Below the pieces are notes generated by a model. It searched no databases. It had not been told where the DNA came from and worked only from the letters and a program-made list of their open reading frames with translations. A stretch of DNA of 64,000 nt. It comes from Octopus vulgaris (Eukaryota). Made by a program: the position numbers and the translations under genes. Below are positions 23,638 to 38,878 of the stretch, piece after piece (the stretch's first letter is position 1; every line of letters starts with the position of its first letter). Where the stretch lies: NCBI GenBank assembly GCA_951406725.2, contig OX597832.1, forward strand, positions 37,634,001-37,698,000, read 5' to 3'.

Positions 23638-25054
23638 CCGGTTAATTTGCTCGGAGTCTGGTTTGGTCCGGATCTCCAGGTGGAGAAGAACTGGGGGGAA
23701 GTGACGTGCAGGGCAGCCAAACTCACCCAGTAATGGGGAGAGAGGAAGCCGTCCCTGAAAGGTCGGGCGGAGGTAGTGAATGCGTACAACGCTTCCGTCA
23801 TCTACTACCGCCTGACAGTCGTCTCTTGCCCTGTTTTATGGCTGACCAACCTGGAGCGCTTGCTCTTCCACCCTCTGTGGAAGGGACGTGTTCCGCTCGT
23901 CAGACGGGTCATCTGTTGTCCCCAGCTGTTGAGTGGAAGACTGGGCGCGCCGTAGCTAATGATGCGGAGACACGAACTCGGGCTGCAACATCTCCAGCAC
24001 TTCCTTAACGATGAACAGGTGGGGCGCTGTTTGTCAAGTAGGACTTTCTGCAGCTCGTCACATTGACGGAGCTACAGTCCTAGATCAAGTGTAGAGCAAG
24101 AAAGGGCGCTCACAGCTTTCTGCAAGTCGTACAACGCGGTCGGTGGAAGTTCCACTATGGAGTTCTATAGAGGAGTTCTATAGAGGATTAATGGAGGGAA
24201 AGAGTGACAACGTCCTCGGGAAAATTCTGGGCGTCGGGAGGGTTCAATTAACTGGTCTTTTCCGAAGGGGTTTCGGGCCGGGGCCTACGAATAACTTCCA
24301 GAAATCTCTGGCCTGGTAGCGCTACCGGGGAGCTCTGACAGTTCGAAACAAGCTCTACAGACACGGGAATGCTGTTAGATGGACCTGTCCGTAGTGTGTG
24401 CAGGGCGACGAAACCGTTCTGCATGCACTTGTCCAGTGTCCGTGCATAACAGACATGTGGAGCTTTGTCGAACAGCTGTTATCACATATAGGATGGATCC
24501 GGTTATCAGACGAGTCCATCGTGAAGATCGCTCCGACCCATTCTTTTCGCCTGGAAGGAAAGGCAGCCTTCCTCTACCTGGTGGCTATAGCAAAAGAAGT
24601 TGTGGGGTAGACGAGGTTGAAAAGACTGATAACAGACACTTTCCTCTTCGGTCGAGCCCTCATCGACTTTTTCAAGTTCTCCTTGAGAAGGAAAGTGAAG
24701 ATAGAGAGAGCAATTTACTGCAACCCAGTAAATTTGTTAAAAGGTGGGTGAATGTTACGAAAATGGCTCGTATGAATGGGCCTACTCTGAATATTCGTCT
24801 GTCAACCGAACCAGTTGAGGGGAAGAGGGAAACCTACCAGTCGGGCTGAGAAGGATGTGTGGGGTGCCCTGGTTGGCCCTGGGTGGAACTCTGTCCTATT
24901 GGGAGTATTTTGTTGTTTAATTTTTTTGTTAATTGTTTGTTTTTTTTTTGTTTGTATTGTTCACACGTGTTTTTGTTTTAAACCCCACTTGTCTCTTGTT
25001 TTGTATTGACCCTATATATTTTTGTGTTCGGCCCTTGTGGCCAATAAAGCAAGA
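23638..25054 (+). mobile_element. 5'-truncated, decayed L1/Tx1-clade LINE (ORF2 C-terminus plus 3' UTR)
   Basis: PVNLLGVWFGPDLQVEKNW...SLKGRAEVVNAY..SVIYYRL...LWKG, and zinc knuckle CP*CVQGDETVLHALVQC. It has a T-rich 3' UTR, AATAAA and an (ATT)n tail, with many stops and frameshifts. Confidence 0.88.
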
Positions 25055-25088
25055 ATTATTATTATTATTGTTGTTGTTGTTGATGTTG

Positions 25089-25158
<70 letters not shown>

Positions 25159-25165
25159 TATTACT

Positions 25166-25251
<86 letters not shown>

Positions 25252-25262
25252 CATTATTATCA

Positions 25263-25308
<46 letters not shown>

Positions 25309-25361
25309 TATTACTATCATCATCATCATCATCATCATCATCACCATGATCATCATCATCA

Positions 25362-25404
<43 letters not shown>

Positions 25405-25415
25405 CATTATTATCA

Positions 25416-25453
<38 letters not shown>

Positions 25454-25510
25454 GTTGTTGTTGTTGTTGTCGTTGTTGATGTTGTTTCTGTTTCTGTTGC
25501 TGTTGTTGAT
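25055..25510. repeat. Compound (ATT)n/(ATC)n/(GTT)n array with an internal block duplication
   Basis: Direct reading. The ACTATTATTACT-(ATC)n-(ATT)n block occurs twice. Confidence 0.95.
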
Positions 25511-26328
25511 ATGTTTTATTGCTTTCATTCTTACATAGCAGCCATTCCTTCAGTATTGTGGTATGGCGCCGTCTTGGTGAGACAACACCTCCCTCGTCGT
25601 CACACCTCCTTCCTGAGGTGCCTCCCACTCCCCGGTATCTACAGTACCGTGAAACTGCATTTATTTATTTGTTTATTTATTTATTTATTTATTCATTCAT
25701 TTCAATATTTCCAACCACCGTCACCATTATACTGCAGCTATTACAAACCACCGCCGCCATTGTTCCGCTCACATCATCACCACTAACACCACCATGGCCA
25801 TCACCTTCAATGAATTAACAAATTTTCATCGCCATCACACAAACGCGCAATCACCATCACCATCATCATCATCATCGCCATCATCATCGTCGTTGCCGTC
25901 ACCCTCCTCTTCATCCTCATCATCATCATTACTATCGACGTTGTCATCATTGCCACCACCACCAAAGCTGTCACCACCATCACCACCACCACACCACTAC
26001 CACCAGCACAACCACCACCACCACCACCACCACCACCACCACCATCACCATCACCATCGCTACAACCATCACCACCACCACCACCAGCATCATCATCGTC
26101 ATCATCGTTATCATCAGAATATAGCTAAAGCTATTATCAGTCTCACAGCCACACGAACATTCTCCATACCACCGCTACAACAACCACAACAACAATAACA
26201 ATACATCACCACTACCATTACCATCACCAGCCACTAACCACTGCTATCAGCGCCATCATAGCCATCATCGTCTCTAGTCGCATCTATTACATATACACAT
26301 ATTTTATTATTATATATACATATATATA

Positions 26329-26426
<98 letters not shown>

Positions 26427-26548
26427 CATATATATATATGTGTGTGTGTGTGTGTATCATTTTATATGTATATATATATATGTACGTACATATGTATATA
26501 TACACACATTATATAACCTCAATTCGCTCCACCGCCACCACCACCACC

Positions 26549-26610
<62 letters not shown>

Positions 26611-27062
26611 AGCGTTATGACAACACTGTATAACAACTGCTATATTTCACGCTGTTGACTTCACTACAATGGAAACCACTTTGCGAGTTGATTACACATT
26701 TCCTGCTGAATGCTTGTTTATAACATAACACTAACCTTTCACACCCTCCGCCCTCCATATCACCCTCTCTCTCTCACTCTCTCACTCTCACTCTCTCCCC
26801 ATTTTTCTATCCTTGTTCCATGCTCCTTCACTCTCTCCCTTCCTCTCCTTTAAACTCTCTCTATGTCTCTATCTATCTAATTACACATTTCCTACTCTAT
26901 GCCGGTTTATAATTTAAAAACAACCTTTGGGACATCTTGTCTTCTCTCCGTTACTCTCTTTCTCTATCCTGCTTGCGTTCCCCCTCCCTGCGTCAGTAGG
27001 TTATTTCTAGTTGTCTGTCAGTTTCTCCCCCTTCGCTCTCTCTCTCTCCCTCTGTCTCTGTC

Positions 27063-27144
<82 letters not shown>

Positions 27145-27148
27145 GACA

Positions 27149-27189
<41 letters not shown>

Positions 27190-27191
<2 letters not shown>

Positions 27192-27404
27192 TGGTTTCAA
27201 ACTTTGGCACAAGGCCAGCTGTTTTAGAGGAGGGGTTAAATCGATTAACTCGACCCCAGTGCTCAACTGGTACTCATTTTATTAAGCACAAAAGCATGAA
27301 AATCAAAGTCAACCCCTTGCAGAATTTTGAACTCAGAACGTAAAAGTGGACGAAATGCTGCCAAGCATTTTGTTCGGTTCGCTAGCAATTCTACCTGCTC
27401 GCCG
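27190..27404 (-). mobile_element. SINE family A
   Basis: Reverse complement of head, core and tail. Confidence 0.85.
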
Positions 27405-28365
27405 AATCATGTATATACACATATTAAACTTTCTATCCATTTCTGTTGTTTAGCTTTCTTCCATACAAGCCTTGTCACTTGATCTATTTCTGTCTGTTTG
27501 TCTTTCCAGGTTTTTCCAGTTCTTCCTTCTCCGTTCAACGAATAATCATTCCAAATATCACTAAATACTCTGCAAGGCGTATAAACGTTACAGTATATCA
27601 CCGTTGTACTTGAAACCTTATCGCCATCTACGTTATCAATGATGTGGTTACAGCCATGTTGTCAATGAAACAGATGAAGCAACGCTGCATATTTTCGTTT
27701 TGTTCGTGAGTTGAAAACAAGCTGGGATCTGTTTGTTTCACATCCTTCCTATCTGATTGAATAAAATTTGCAATGGTCATATAATACTGCCGATTTAATC
27801 CTCTATAAATCTATTTTCTGTGGCAATATAAGAAAGTAATATAGGTTTGTAATAAAACTTGTATGATAAAATTTTAAGAGTACAAATTTTCTCACTTGAT
27901 AGACTTTTATGTTGAGAAAATTGTGCTTCGATATGCTTTGGAGAACAAATATACTATCGCTGGGCGTTCTCGCAAAAATCACAAGAATAAAACGTGAGAG
28001 AGTTTACTAATCAAAATTTCACAGGTTAATGTCGTTCCAGTTTTTGACGTTGCTGATCTTAGTATGGACAGAGGCCAACTCGTACAGGCTGGCTGAACAA
28101 TGTTGAATGGACAGCATATGTTATGTTGCGGACTACCATTTACGGAAGCGAGAGAGGATGTAAATGTAGGGGAATATTAAATACTTACTCGGTTGTCATC
28201 CATCGCTGTGCTGCCGGTACAAATATTTGTCAATCATGCACGTACCTCCATACATTGCTCAAAGTAAAAGTCATTTTTTAAAGACTGTGTTGCGTAGTCT
28301 ATATGTTGAAACACACGCACACACAACCCCAACATAACTATATGTGTCGTATATTTATTCATATA

Positions 28366-28530
28366 GGCGCAGGAGTGGCTGTGTGGTAAGTAGCTTGTTT
28401 ACCAACCACATGGTTCCGGGTTCAGTCCCACTGCGTGGCATCTTGGGCAAGTGACTTCTACTATAGCCTCGGGCCGACCAAAGCCTTGTGAGTGGATTTG
28501 GTAGACGGAAACTGAAAGAAGCCCGTCGTA

Positions 28531-28604
<74 letters not shown>

Positions 28605-28798
28605 TGTATGTTTGTGTGTCTGTGTTTGTCCCCCTAGCATTGCTTGACAACCGATGCTGGTGTGTTTATGTCCCCGTCACCTAGTGGTTCGGCAAAAGAG
28701 ACCGATAGAATAAGTACTGGGCTTACAAAGAATAAGTTGCTCGATTAAAGGCGGTGCTCCAGCATGGCTGCAGTCAAAATGACTGAAAAAAAAAAAAA
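28366..28798 (+). mobile_element. SINE family B, near full-length, with internal (TA)n(TG)n and poly-A end
   Basis: A-box-like TGGCTGTGTGG, B-box-like GGTTCAGTCCC, internal microsatellite at about 28529-28620, 3' GCTCCAGCATGGCTGCAGTCAAAATGACTG(A)n. Confidence 0.9.
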
Positions 28799-30421
28799 GT
28801 CTTTTATTAAGTCTGTGTTGCCTTAAAACGGCAACCTTTGAGCTGCTTTTTCATCTTGGGGAAGAGATGGAATCCCGCAGTTGCTAAATTTGGCGAATAA
28901 AGCTTGTGTGGAAAAGATACCATGTTGTTTTTGGCGAGTAACCCACGAGTGAGGAGAGCACTGGGAAGAATCCAATTCTTCGCGCTCTATAGACCCAATC
29001 GCTTTCGCCCAAAGTCATCCCTCAAACGTTTTGATACCACCTTGTATATATAAGGCATTCAATAAAGTTAACAAAATTGATCATACAATGAGTTGTGATG
29101 AAAGGTGAATCCAAACGTTTCGGAATGGTCTCCTTGTCGCAAAATCGATATATATGTTAGTTTTTAAATAATAAGGGAGTTCAAGAAATTTGGTCCTCGG
29201 CAGAAATATAATCTTAGATGAATAAAAGAAATTGATAGAATTATAAATCCTTGAAGCAATTCCGTTAATCAATATAATACTGAAATTTTGCACTGGGACA
29301 AAATAGAATAACAACCCTGTTCGCTTAAAACTATGCCAAAAGCTTGTCTTTATCAATCACTTCCAGCATAGAGACTAAACGATTGGAGGGGGGGATATGT
29401 TTCATGAGATCGATCCAGAATACGACTGGTATTTATTTTACTGACCTTGGAAGGAAGAAAGGTAAAGTTCGCTATGTTGAAATTATAATTTAGAAAATAA
29501 AAAAAAAGGTCAAATACCGTAAAGCATATAATACGTCTCTCTCTTGTTTATTCTGGCTTTTTGCTGTTTCTGAAATACCAGTGTTTTAACTGGTTGCTCA
29601 AAAAATGATAAAATGTCATCAATTTCACAAATTCACTCAATATTGAAATGAGCATGGCGGTGGGATGTATTTTTCGCGGATGAGTTCATAATAAGAGCGA
29701 AACGTCTGAGACTTCTCCTGTGTTTGCCGAAATGATTTTTAAAAATTCATAATTACCTAATATTGCATTTTCCACCCTACGAGAATAATTTCAATTTCCT
29801 TTATACTGTTTTGCGAATGTAAAAGGTCAATCCTGGCTCAATTATTGTTTTGAATGTTAATAGCTTGTCTAAATGATTTCTTCTGCGAACTCTTCTCTTT
29901 TCCAGCCTTAAGAGATTCAATACTTTTCTCATAACTACTCGGCCAAAATACGCATAGTCTACGTTTTGCTACTGAGGTCAGAATAATACATAAACATCTA
30001 CAGTTGTCTTCCCTTCATAACGAAGTAACTGAAATGTCAATCATTGCCTAATATTTTTATTTGTTGCTTTCTTTTTTTTACTCCTTAATTATTTCTGTTG
30101 AACTTTTTAATCTTCATTAAAGATAAACACTAGCATAATTGTAGATGAAGCTTTTTATAAACATTTTTCATGCGAATGAACAAGAAGCCTGTCACCTCTT
30201 CACAGGATGTCTTTATTGTGTTCACTGAAATACAATTCACTGATTTTCTGACAATATCCCAATGACCGCTCCACTGGTTGGCTGTCGACACAAACATTAG
30301 ACTGTGATATCCTTTCAAACCGGATTATAAATATTGTTTTTGTTTTTCACTTGCTACTAACAATTCTCTTTATTGCCATGTCCTTTATTTACTGAACAAA
30401 TTAAATATTTCTTTCTTCCCT

Positions 30422-30502
<81 letters not shown>

Positions 30503-30544
30503 TACACAAACACACCACACATACGCACACGTACACACACGAAC

Positions 30545-30575
<31 letters not shown>

Positions 30576-30593
30576 TGTATGTATGTATGTATG

Positions 30594-30665
<72 letters not shown>

Positions 30666-30671
<6 letters not shown>

Positions 30672-30879
30672 GGGCCAATAGTCACAATAGAGTTTGACAT
30701 TTTAATATATTTGCTTTAATTATAATTTTTAAAGTTACGAAATGTGATTTTTTTACAAGTAAAGTACAGATATTTCATATATATATATATATATTCGCTG
30801 TGTATACAGCTAACGTATTGTAAATTTAAAAAGGACATGAATGAACTTTTAACAGCTTCGTTACTTTTGGGACAACCTG
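30666..30879. mobile_element. Tc1/mariner-type MITE with imperfect TIRs
   Basis: TATAGGGTGGGCCAATAGTCAC versus the reverse-complemented right end TACAGGTTGTCCCAAAAGTAAC (16/22), with TA on both flanks. Confidence 0.6.
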
Positions 30880-31140
30880 TACACACACACATGTGTTTGC
30901 ATGCATGCATGCACCTGTTAATCGATATTAATCGAACCAGTCGCCATATTTTCTTCCATAACTGCCATCTTTCAAGTGTGAAGAGTTACGTAATCGAATT
31001 GATATCTAACATCCAGTCGAACTCCTTGTGCAGAACCGATTAATAAAATCGGGCCGTAATGGCTATATCATAGTGTATACTGTATATATGTGTGATTGTG
31101 TGAATGTGTGTGTGTGTACATGTGCTAAATACACACACAC

Positions 31141-31175
<35 letters not shown>

Positions 31176-31190
31176 CACACACGAACCTAT

Positions 31191-31512
31191 ATATTGTCTT
31201 GTCAGATAAATTCTTTCGTTTTTCCAATGTTATATGAAATAATATGAAAAATAACTTTATCGAAGTGTTTTATGCTTTACATTTTTTGCTTATCGTTTGT
31301 GAAATTTGAATAATTTTTACCTCTCTTCAAGCATTTGAGAATGGAGTTCCAAGTGGAACAAAAATTAGCATTTTTGACAACTGCTTCTCATCGCTTTCGG
31401 TCAAGGTTCCAATGCTGTCATAGTCGTTCGAAATTACTGCGATGTGTAGAGAAAGATGCTATGACTAAAGGAAATGCACAGAAATGGTTTTGACGCTTCA
31501 AGGAAGGGAATT
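31191..31512 (+). mobile_element. Mariner transposon 5' fragment (TIR-like end plus transposase N-terminal HTH, pseudogenised)
   Basis: MEFQVEQK / HF*QLLLIAFGQGSNAVIVVRNYCDV* / KDAMTKGNAQKWF*RFKEGN resembles the mariner N-terminus with its WF.RFK.G motif. Confidence 0.8.
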
Positions 31513-32932
31513 GTTTTGGGTATAAATTTTGTTTTAAAAACCTGTTTAACGCAAATTTGTTTAACAGAATTTTTTATGGAAGCACTTTCCCTTGTCTGTA
31601 GCACGATTTATAGGTAATCCGAATAACGCACGAGTTATAAGGTAATCCATATAAAATTTAAGACTTTTAATTGCGATTTTAACTATTTCCGGATTAGTTT
31701 AGGATTCATAATTCTTATAGAATATTATTTCGTAACTGTTCATTTTGTTCCCCTATTTCGAAAAATGGAATATTTTGACATTTACATTCGCACAGATGTC
31801 TAGATATTCTTTACATAGAACATTTCAACAGATGCAACTTTGATTTGTTGCTTATGCATCCTAATCCAGTCTATTAATTATGACTTTGCGTTGTATTGTA
31901 AGCATGCGATGCAGAAAAATTATATATTTTTTATTTTGTACTTCATATTATTTTTAGTCTTTAATTTCTATATTCATATAATATTCTACATACGTGTGTA
32001 TGTAGTAATGAAATTAAAGAAATAGAAAATGGAAGGAGTGATAAATTGATATATAAATGCATATGACAATATGAGTGTATGTGTGTGTTTTCCCTAATAA
32101 TCCAAAGTCTTTAGGGTGTATACATTCAACAACATGCTACAGACAGTCTAAGTGTGTGTGTGTGCACGTGCATGTGCGTGTGTATTTAGATACGATACTG
32201 ACAACATTATACAACATTCAGTGCTTCTATTGGATTTCACTGTTTCTTCTATTATGTATTTCAATATGTATCAGTCACATGATCAACAATTTCTGTGAAA
32301 CTTTCTGTAGGAATAATGAAGATAATAAAACACATGTTAATTGTACAGTGCTGCCGCTACTTACAGCAACATTTCATAGTCACTATGTTCACATTGGTGG
32401 ACTATCTTCAATTTTGAAAACTATCTTCAATTTTTAATTGCAAAAACAAAGGCAACAAAATCAAACAACAAATAGAAAAATGAGTCAGCAACGCCATTCT
32501 GAAGTTATCAGGAATTTTTAATTCATTGACATTCACAACAGGAGAAAAAAAAAACAAAACAAAAGTCTTTCAGATCAAAACGCAAGTCTAAGAAGACAAA
32601 ATTAAAATGAAAATAATATAATATAATATAATAAAGAAAGAAGGAAAAAACAGTAACGTAACATCCGGGCAATATCGTAATGCCAATTCGCTACATCCGG
32701 GCAATATCGTAATGCCACCATCAAATAGACCAACAAATGAGTTTGTAGTCTCTGAGTTAGAAAGTGGTTTAATGGGAAATGGAATAGAAGGGGCTCTGTG
32801 ATTGGGTGGGAAGGGAGTGGGTTAGAGACGACAAATCTTCTCTTTAGTATAGACAGGTTATACACAAGCGTGTACATATATATATATATATATATATATG
32901 TGTGTAAATATGTGTGTAAAGTGTGTAAATAT

Positions 32933-32983
<51 letters not shown>

Positions 32984-33345
32984 TGTGTAAATATGTGTGT
33001 AAAGTGTGTAAATATACAAATATATACATGTAGACATACATATATATGCACATATATATAAAAGTATATATATATATATATATATATCCACTCATACACA
33101 TAAACGTATGCATTATTTACGTGTGTGCATTTATGTATGTAATGATTCTGTGTATGTTTGCATGTGTATGTTTATATCTATTTGTACATATATGTATACA
33201 CACACACACACTCACACATTTCATGAAGGTAATGAGTTTACATATCACTTTTTACCGTTTCACATTTCTTCTCTGCGCCATTAAGCACCACTATACATCA
33301 CTAAACGCCTATATACGCATCCTTCATATATATATATATACATAT

Positions 33346-33440
<95 letters not shown>

Positions 33441-33461
33441 CATTATTGTATATTGGTGTTG

Positions 33462-33546
<85 letters not shown>

Positions 33547-33698
33547 CCCGTTTATTTCTTTTTAGTTTTAGTTTTCTTAGCTTTAATCCTTCATTCGTTT
33601 ATCACTGATAATTTTTTACTAAATAATTCTATATTCCACATATTTGACTTCGTTAATATCATGGTTTTTAGAGAATATAGAATGAGCAGAATGATTAG

Positions 33699-33752
<54 letters not shown>

Positions 33753-34498
33753 TACCAAAATGGCGTTTCATAACTTCTTTATATTCGTTCAGATTTAACC
33801 TCATGACTATTAAATAGTAATTTACACACTCACACTGAAACTCGTACAGAAACACACACACAAGCGCAAACATATATCTACTTAGAGAATATTCGCTTTA
33901 CATCAGCACATGTATATATATATGTAAAACACACGCATATATTTTTAAGATTGTGAAAATATAGGCCTACTTTGAAATTTTGTCATGAAACAATAGCAAA
34001 TCTTGGTAGTTAAACATAATTTATATTAGATGACGAATGATGTCCCACCATACACTGACATAATCAATAATAGATGTACACGCTCATTAAATTAGAATTA
34101 GTCTGACAATATGGTTTCCCACTGTGTGTGTGTGTGTGTGTGTGCATGCTCCTTAAGAACGTGGGCACACTGACCAACCTTGTGTGTACAATCCTTGGGG
34201 ATCATTTATGTATTTGGTACGAACTGATCTAAGAATTGCCTCTGTAAATGAGATTTCTAATCCAGCTTCCAAACTTCATCAGGTCATCATAAATGATTAT
34301 CTGCATATACACGCATTAAATGTAGCTGCTTGTGAATATATATATGTGTGTGTGTGTGTGTATGTGTGTGCGTGTGCGTATATATATATATATATATTTA
34401 TATACATATATATATATACACACATGCATGCATATATATACACTCATATATATATATATACATTATATACATTATATATATAATATATATCTTACATA

Positions 34499-34796
<298 letters not shown>

Positions 34797-35223
34797 ATAT
34801 ATGGCCATGTTCAGCTCATCTCTACAAATATTTCTCGACGAACCTTAGGTTGTGCTCGTCAACAAGTTATTTCATATCTTATATTCTGTAGATATCTTCT
34901 CCGTAACAGAAAGAGAAGGCCACTCAACTGACGTGCCAATATTAGCAGTGAGACCTTACAGAATATGAAATTGAGGCCCTAGCAAAGCTAAGCGTGAGCA
35001 TAGATTCCTGATTCTACATTGTAAACATTGTAAAACGTATCTCGGTTGCAGCCAATTAAAGAAGATACATTGGAATTATCAAAGGTCCCCTTGGTAAATC
35101 CTATATCCCAGAGTCTTCTTGCAAAATATTGAGAGAGTTCCACCATAGTATAATAATTCTCTCTGCGTGCTTTTGCTTCTCACCAAATTAAACGTTAACA
35201 TTGGGTAAAAATCTCTCTGTCAA

Positions 35224-35351
<128 letters not shown>

Positions 35352-35965
35352 GTATATTAAATTATATGGTGTAAATTTCAGATCTATTTTAGTTGTAATT
35401 ATTTAACTCAAGGCCAGCCCCTTTCAAGCAGAGAGATGATAGAATCGTTCCAGCTGAACATTACCCAATGAGCCAATCACAGACTGAACATATTTTGGCT
35501 GATATTTCCAGCAGATTGTGAGACCAATCGTGTGAATAATTTCCTTTGAATTATGTAATTTCGGGTCCTCGTTAGAACAGGTTCAGCAAAGAGGTCATAA
35601 TAGCAGGTAGATCAGTTTTTGCGTGATAGGAAAATTCCAGAGAAAGTAGGTTGAGAAATAAATAAGAAGGAAGATAGGTAGGTATGCTGGTAGAGAAAAA
35701 AAAAGGTGTGTTGGAATGGCATGGATTCGGGTGCCTCAGGAAACTCAGCGAATAATATATCTTCATTTGTATTATATTTAATGATCAAAATTACATATTT
35801 TCTTCAAAACTGTGTACGCGTGTATATATGTATCTATTTATATGTGTGAATATATATACATACAATCTGGCACTCCGTCACTTACGACAACGGCATTCAG
35901 TTGATCCCATCAACGAAACAGCCCGCTCGATAAATTAACGTGCAAGTGGCTGAGCACTCTACAAC

Positions 35966-36006
<41 letters not shown>

Positions 36007-36030
36007 CATACATTCATATACATCTCTCTC

Positions 36031-36104
<74 letters not shown>

Positions 36105-36603
36105 CATATATACGTACATAGATAGATGCATGACTACATATTACGTACATACATACATACATATATGTGTGTGTGTATATGTGTATGTATGTGTGTATGT
36201 GTGTTTGTGTGTGACTGACAAAGAGAGGGTTGTCAGATCCTCATACGTCGAAACCGACGGGAAAGACCATGATATATATATATATATATTCCGATGAATC
36301 TTCAGATATGCAATCGTGTATAATTAAAATTATATTTATATGTATTATATACGGATGAATTTATTTAGATCTCATATATAATATACATGTTAATCCTAAA
36401 ATGTGGAAAACATACTCAATACCAGGGATAGAGTAGGAGTAATTCAATCGAGTTCACACTAAATGACGTTTTTACATTCCGCAAAGAACTGTGTATCTGC
36501 ATCTTCGGTCAGCCATATTGGTCAGAAAAACAATTATACAGCCGTCCGTGCGACTTACTGATAGATTTTGCCAGGTTTTTTTTCGGCTAAAATGATAATA
36601 ACA

Positions 36604-36692
<89 letters not shown>

Positions 36693-37064
36693 GATAGTGA
36701 TGATGATGGTGGTGTTGATGTGGTCGTGGTGATGATGATGATAATAATAATAATAATAATAATAATAATGTGTATGTGTATATGTATATACATATACATA
36801 CATACACGCATACATATGTATACATACATATATATATCTGTATATATATATGTGTAAACATACATATGTATATATATATGCATACATATATACACATATA
36901 CATATAGATATGCATACATATATATGTATGTATGCATGTATATATATATATACATGTATGTATATTATATATTAGATAATATTTCAAGAATTTGCTCAGG
37001 TCTAATCCATGTACTGAGTTCATTATTTAATCAATACTTCTTGTTTTATATATATAAATAAAAC

Positions 37065-37106
<42 letters not shown>

Positions 37107-37500
37107 CATACAAGCCTACATACACACACATATATACATACACCCACATATATATATATGCATATATGTATATACATACATATATGTATACATATATACA
37201 CATATATGTATACATATATACACATATATATATATACATATCCATTTGTATATATATATATGTATATATGGAACTTTAGATTACATAAACATACGCACAT
37301 ATATGTATTTATTGATATCAAAACGGACATCAACGGTGTTCATTTGGTAAGGTGTCATTCAATATGGTTATAAAAGTAACACTAGTGTGTTGCTGATCAC
37401 TCATTCATTGTAACGTTACTATTGTAGTCGATGACATTTTTGTATCAGTTTATATTACTGGCTCAGTAGCATTGTGGTTGTGCTGGCATAAATACATACA

Positions 37501-37533
<33 letters not shown>

Positions 37534-38100
37534 GCATGTATACATATATGCATGCATACAAGCATACATACATACATGAACACGCATATACACATATTTG
37601 TGTCTGTATATGTATATATATATGTATGTACGTGTATGTGTGCTTGTAATGAATGCACTCGCCCTACAAATATATATTTCTATACACACACACAGACACA
37701 GACACAGACACACACACACACACACACACACACACATTGCGGGGGTCGTAGGGCCATGAAACTCATGTCACTAGGCAAGCTCTCTTTCAGTTTCAATCTC
37801 TCTCTTTTCTCACTTTTTCTTTCTGTGCGTGTGTATATATATATATATACATATATACCTGCATATATGTATGTATATGTATATATATATATATATGTAT
37901 GTATATATATGTGTATATATATACATATATACATATGTATATATGCACACATGTAGGATGGGCTGACACCTGACAGAACACTTTTTCGCTGATTGAGTCA
38001 TTAATTTAGTTCCATAAAACATTTTACTTTCGCGTCTCATTTCATGCACGCGAGCATCTATACACATGGATATATATACATATATGTATGTGTGTGTGTG

Positions 38101-38164
<64 letters not shown>

Positions 38165-38331
38165 GCATAAATACATAGAAGTCTATAGTATAAATATATA
38201 TATATATATATATAATATGTATATATATATAATATATATATATATAATGTATATATATATATACATACATACACAAATAGTTATATATACTTAAATGTTC
38301 ATATAATATATATGTATATATTTATATATGT

Positions 38332-38378
<47 letters not shown>

Positions 38379-38381
38379 TGT

Positions 38382-38447
<66 letters not shown>

Positions 38448-38764
38448 CTTCATTTATATTTTAATATCTATCGAACATTTTTTTTAACGTCATTTCCATT
38501 TATCCCATTCCGACAACAGCCAAATTGTCCCGGTAGATGGCGGTCAAATCACCTCGTAAGTGTAATTCTGTAAAAGCGGCTTGTTGATTTTGTAATCGAT
38601 CCAGTTCAGCGTCTGCAAGAACAGAGAAAATATATCGTACATTAGAATTGTATGAAATGTATAATAACGGATACATACACATAGAAAAATAAATATACAA
38701 ATATGTGTGATTTCCAATTATTTGTAAATCACACACATACATAATAAAGGATGAAAGGAAAATC

Positions 38765-38858
38765 AACTGCAGCGGAGTTTGAACTCAGGACATAAAGATG
38801 GACGAAATTCCGCTAAGCATTTTGTCCGGCGCGTTAACAATTCTACCAACTCGCCTCT
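38765..38858 (-). mobile_element. SINE family A, head fragment
   Basis: TTGAACTCAGG...GACGAAAT...GCTAAGCATTTTGTCCGGCG. Confidence 0.75.
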
Positions 38859-38878
38859 TTATGTACGTTTATATGTCA

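Noticed and set aside
28366-28440. tRNA genes at SINE heads
   Set aside because: A/B-box-like motifs are present, but no full cloverleaf is evident and they are attached to SINE bodies.
30288-30310. TATCACAG (minus strand) as a miR-2 family member
   Set aside because: Only the seed matches, and there is no complementary arm to form a precursor.
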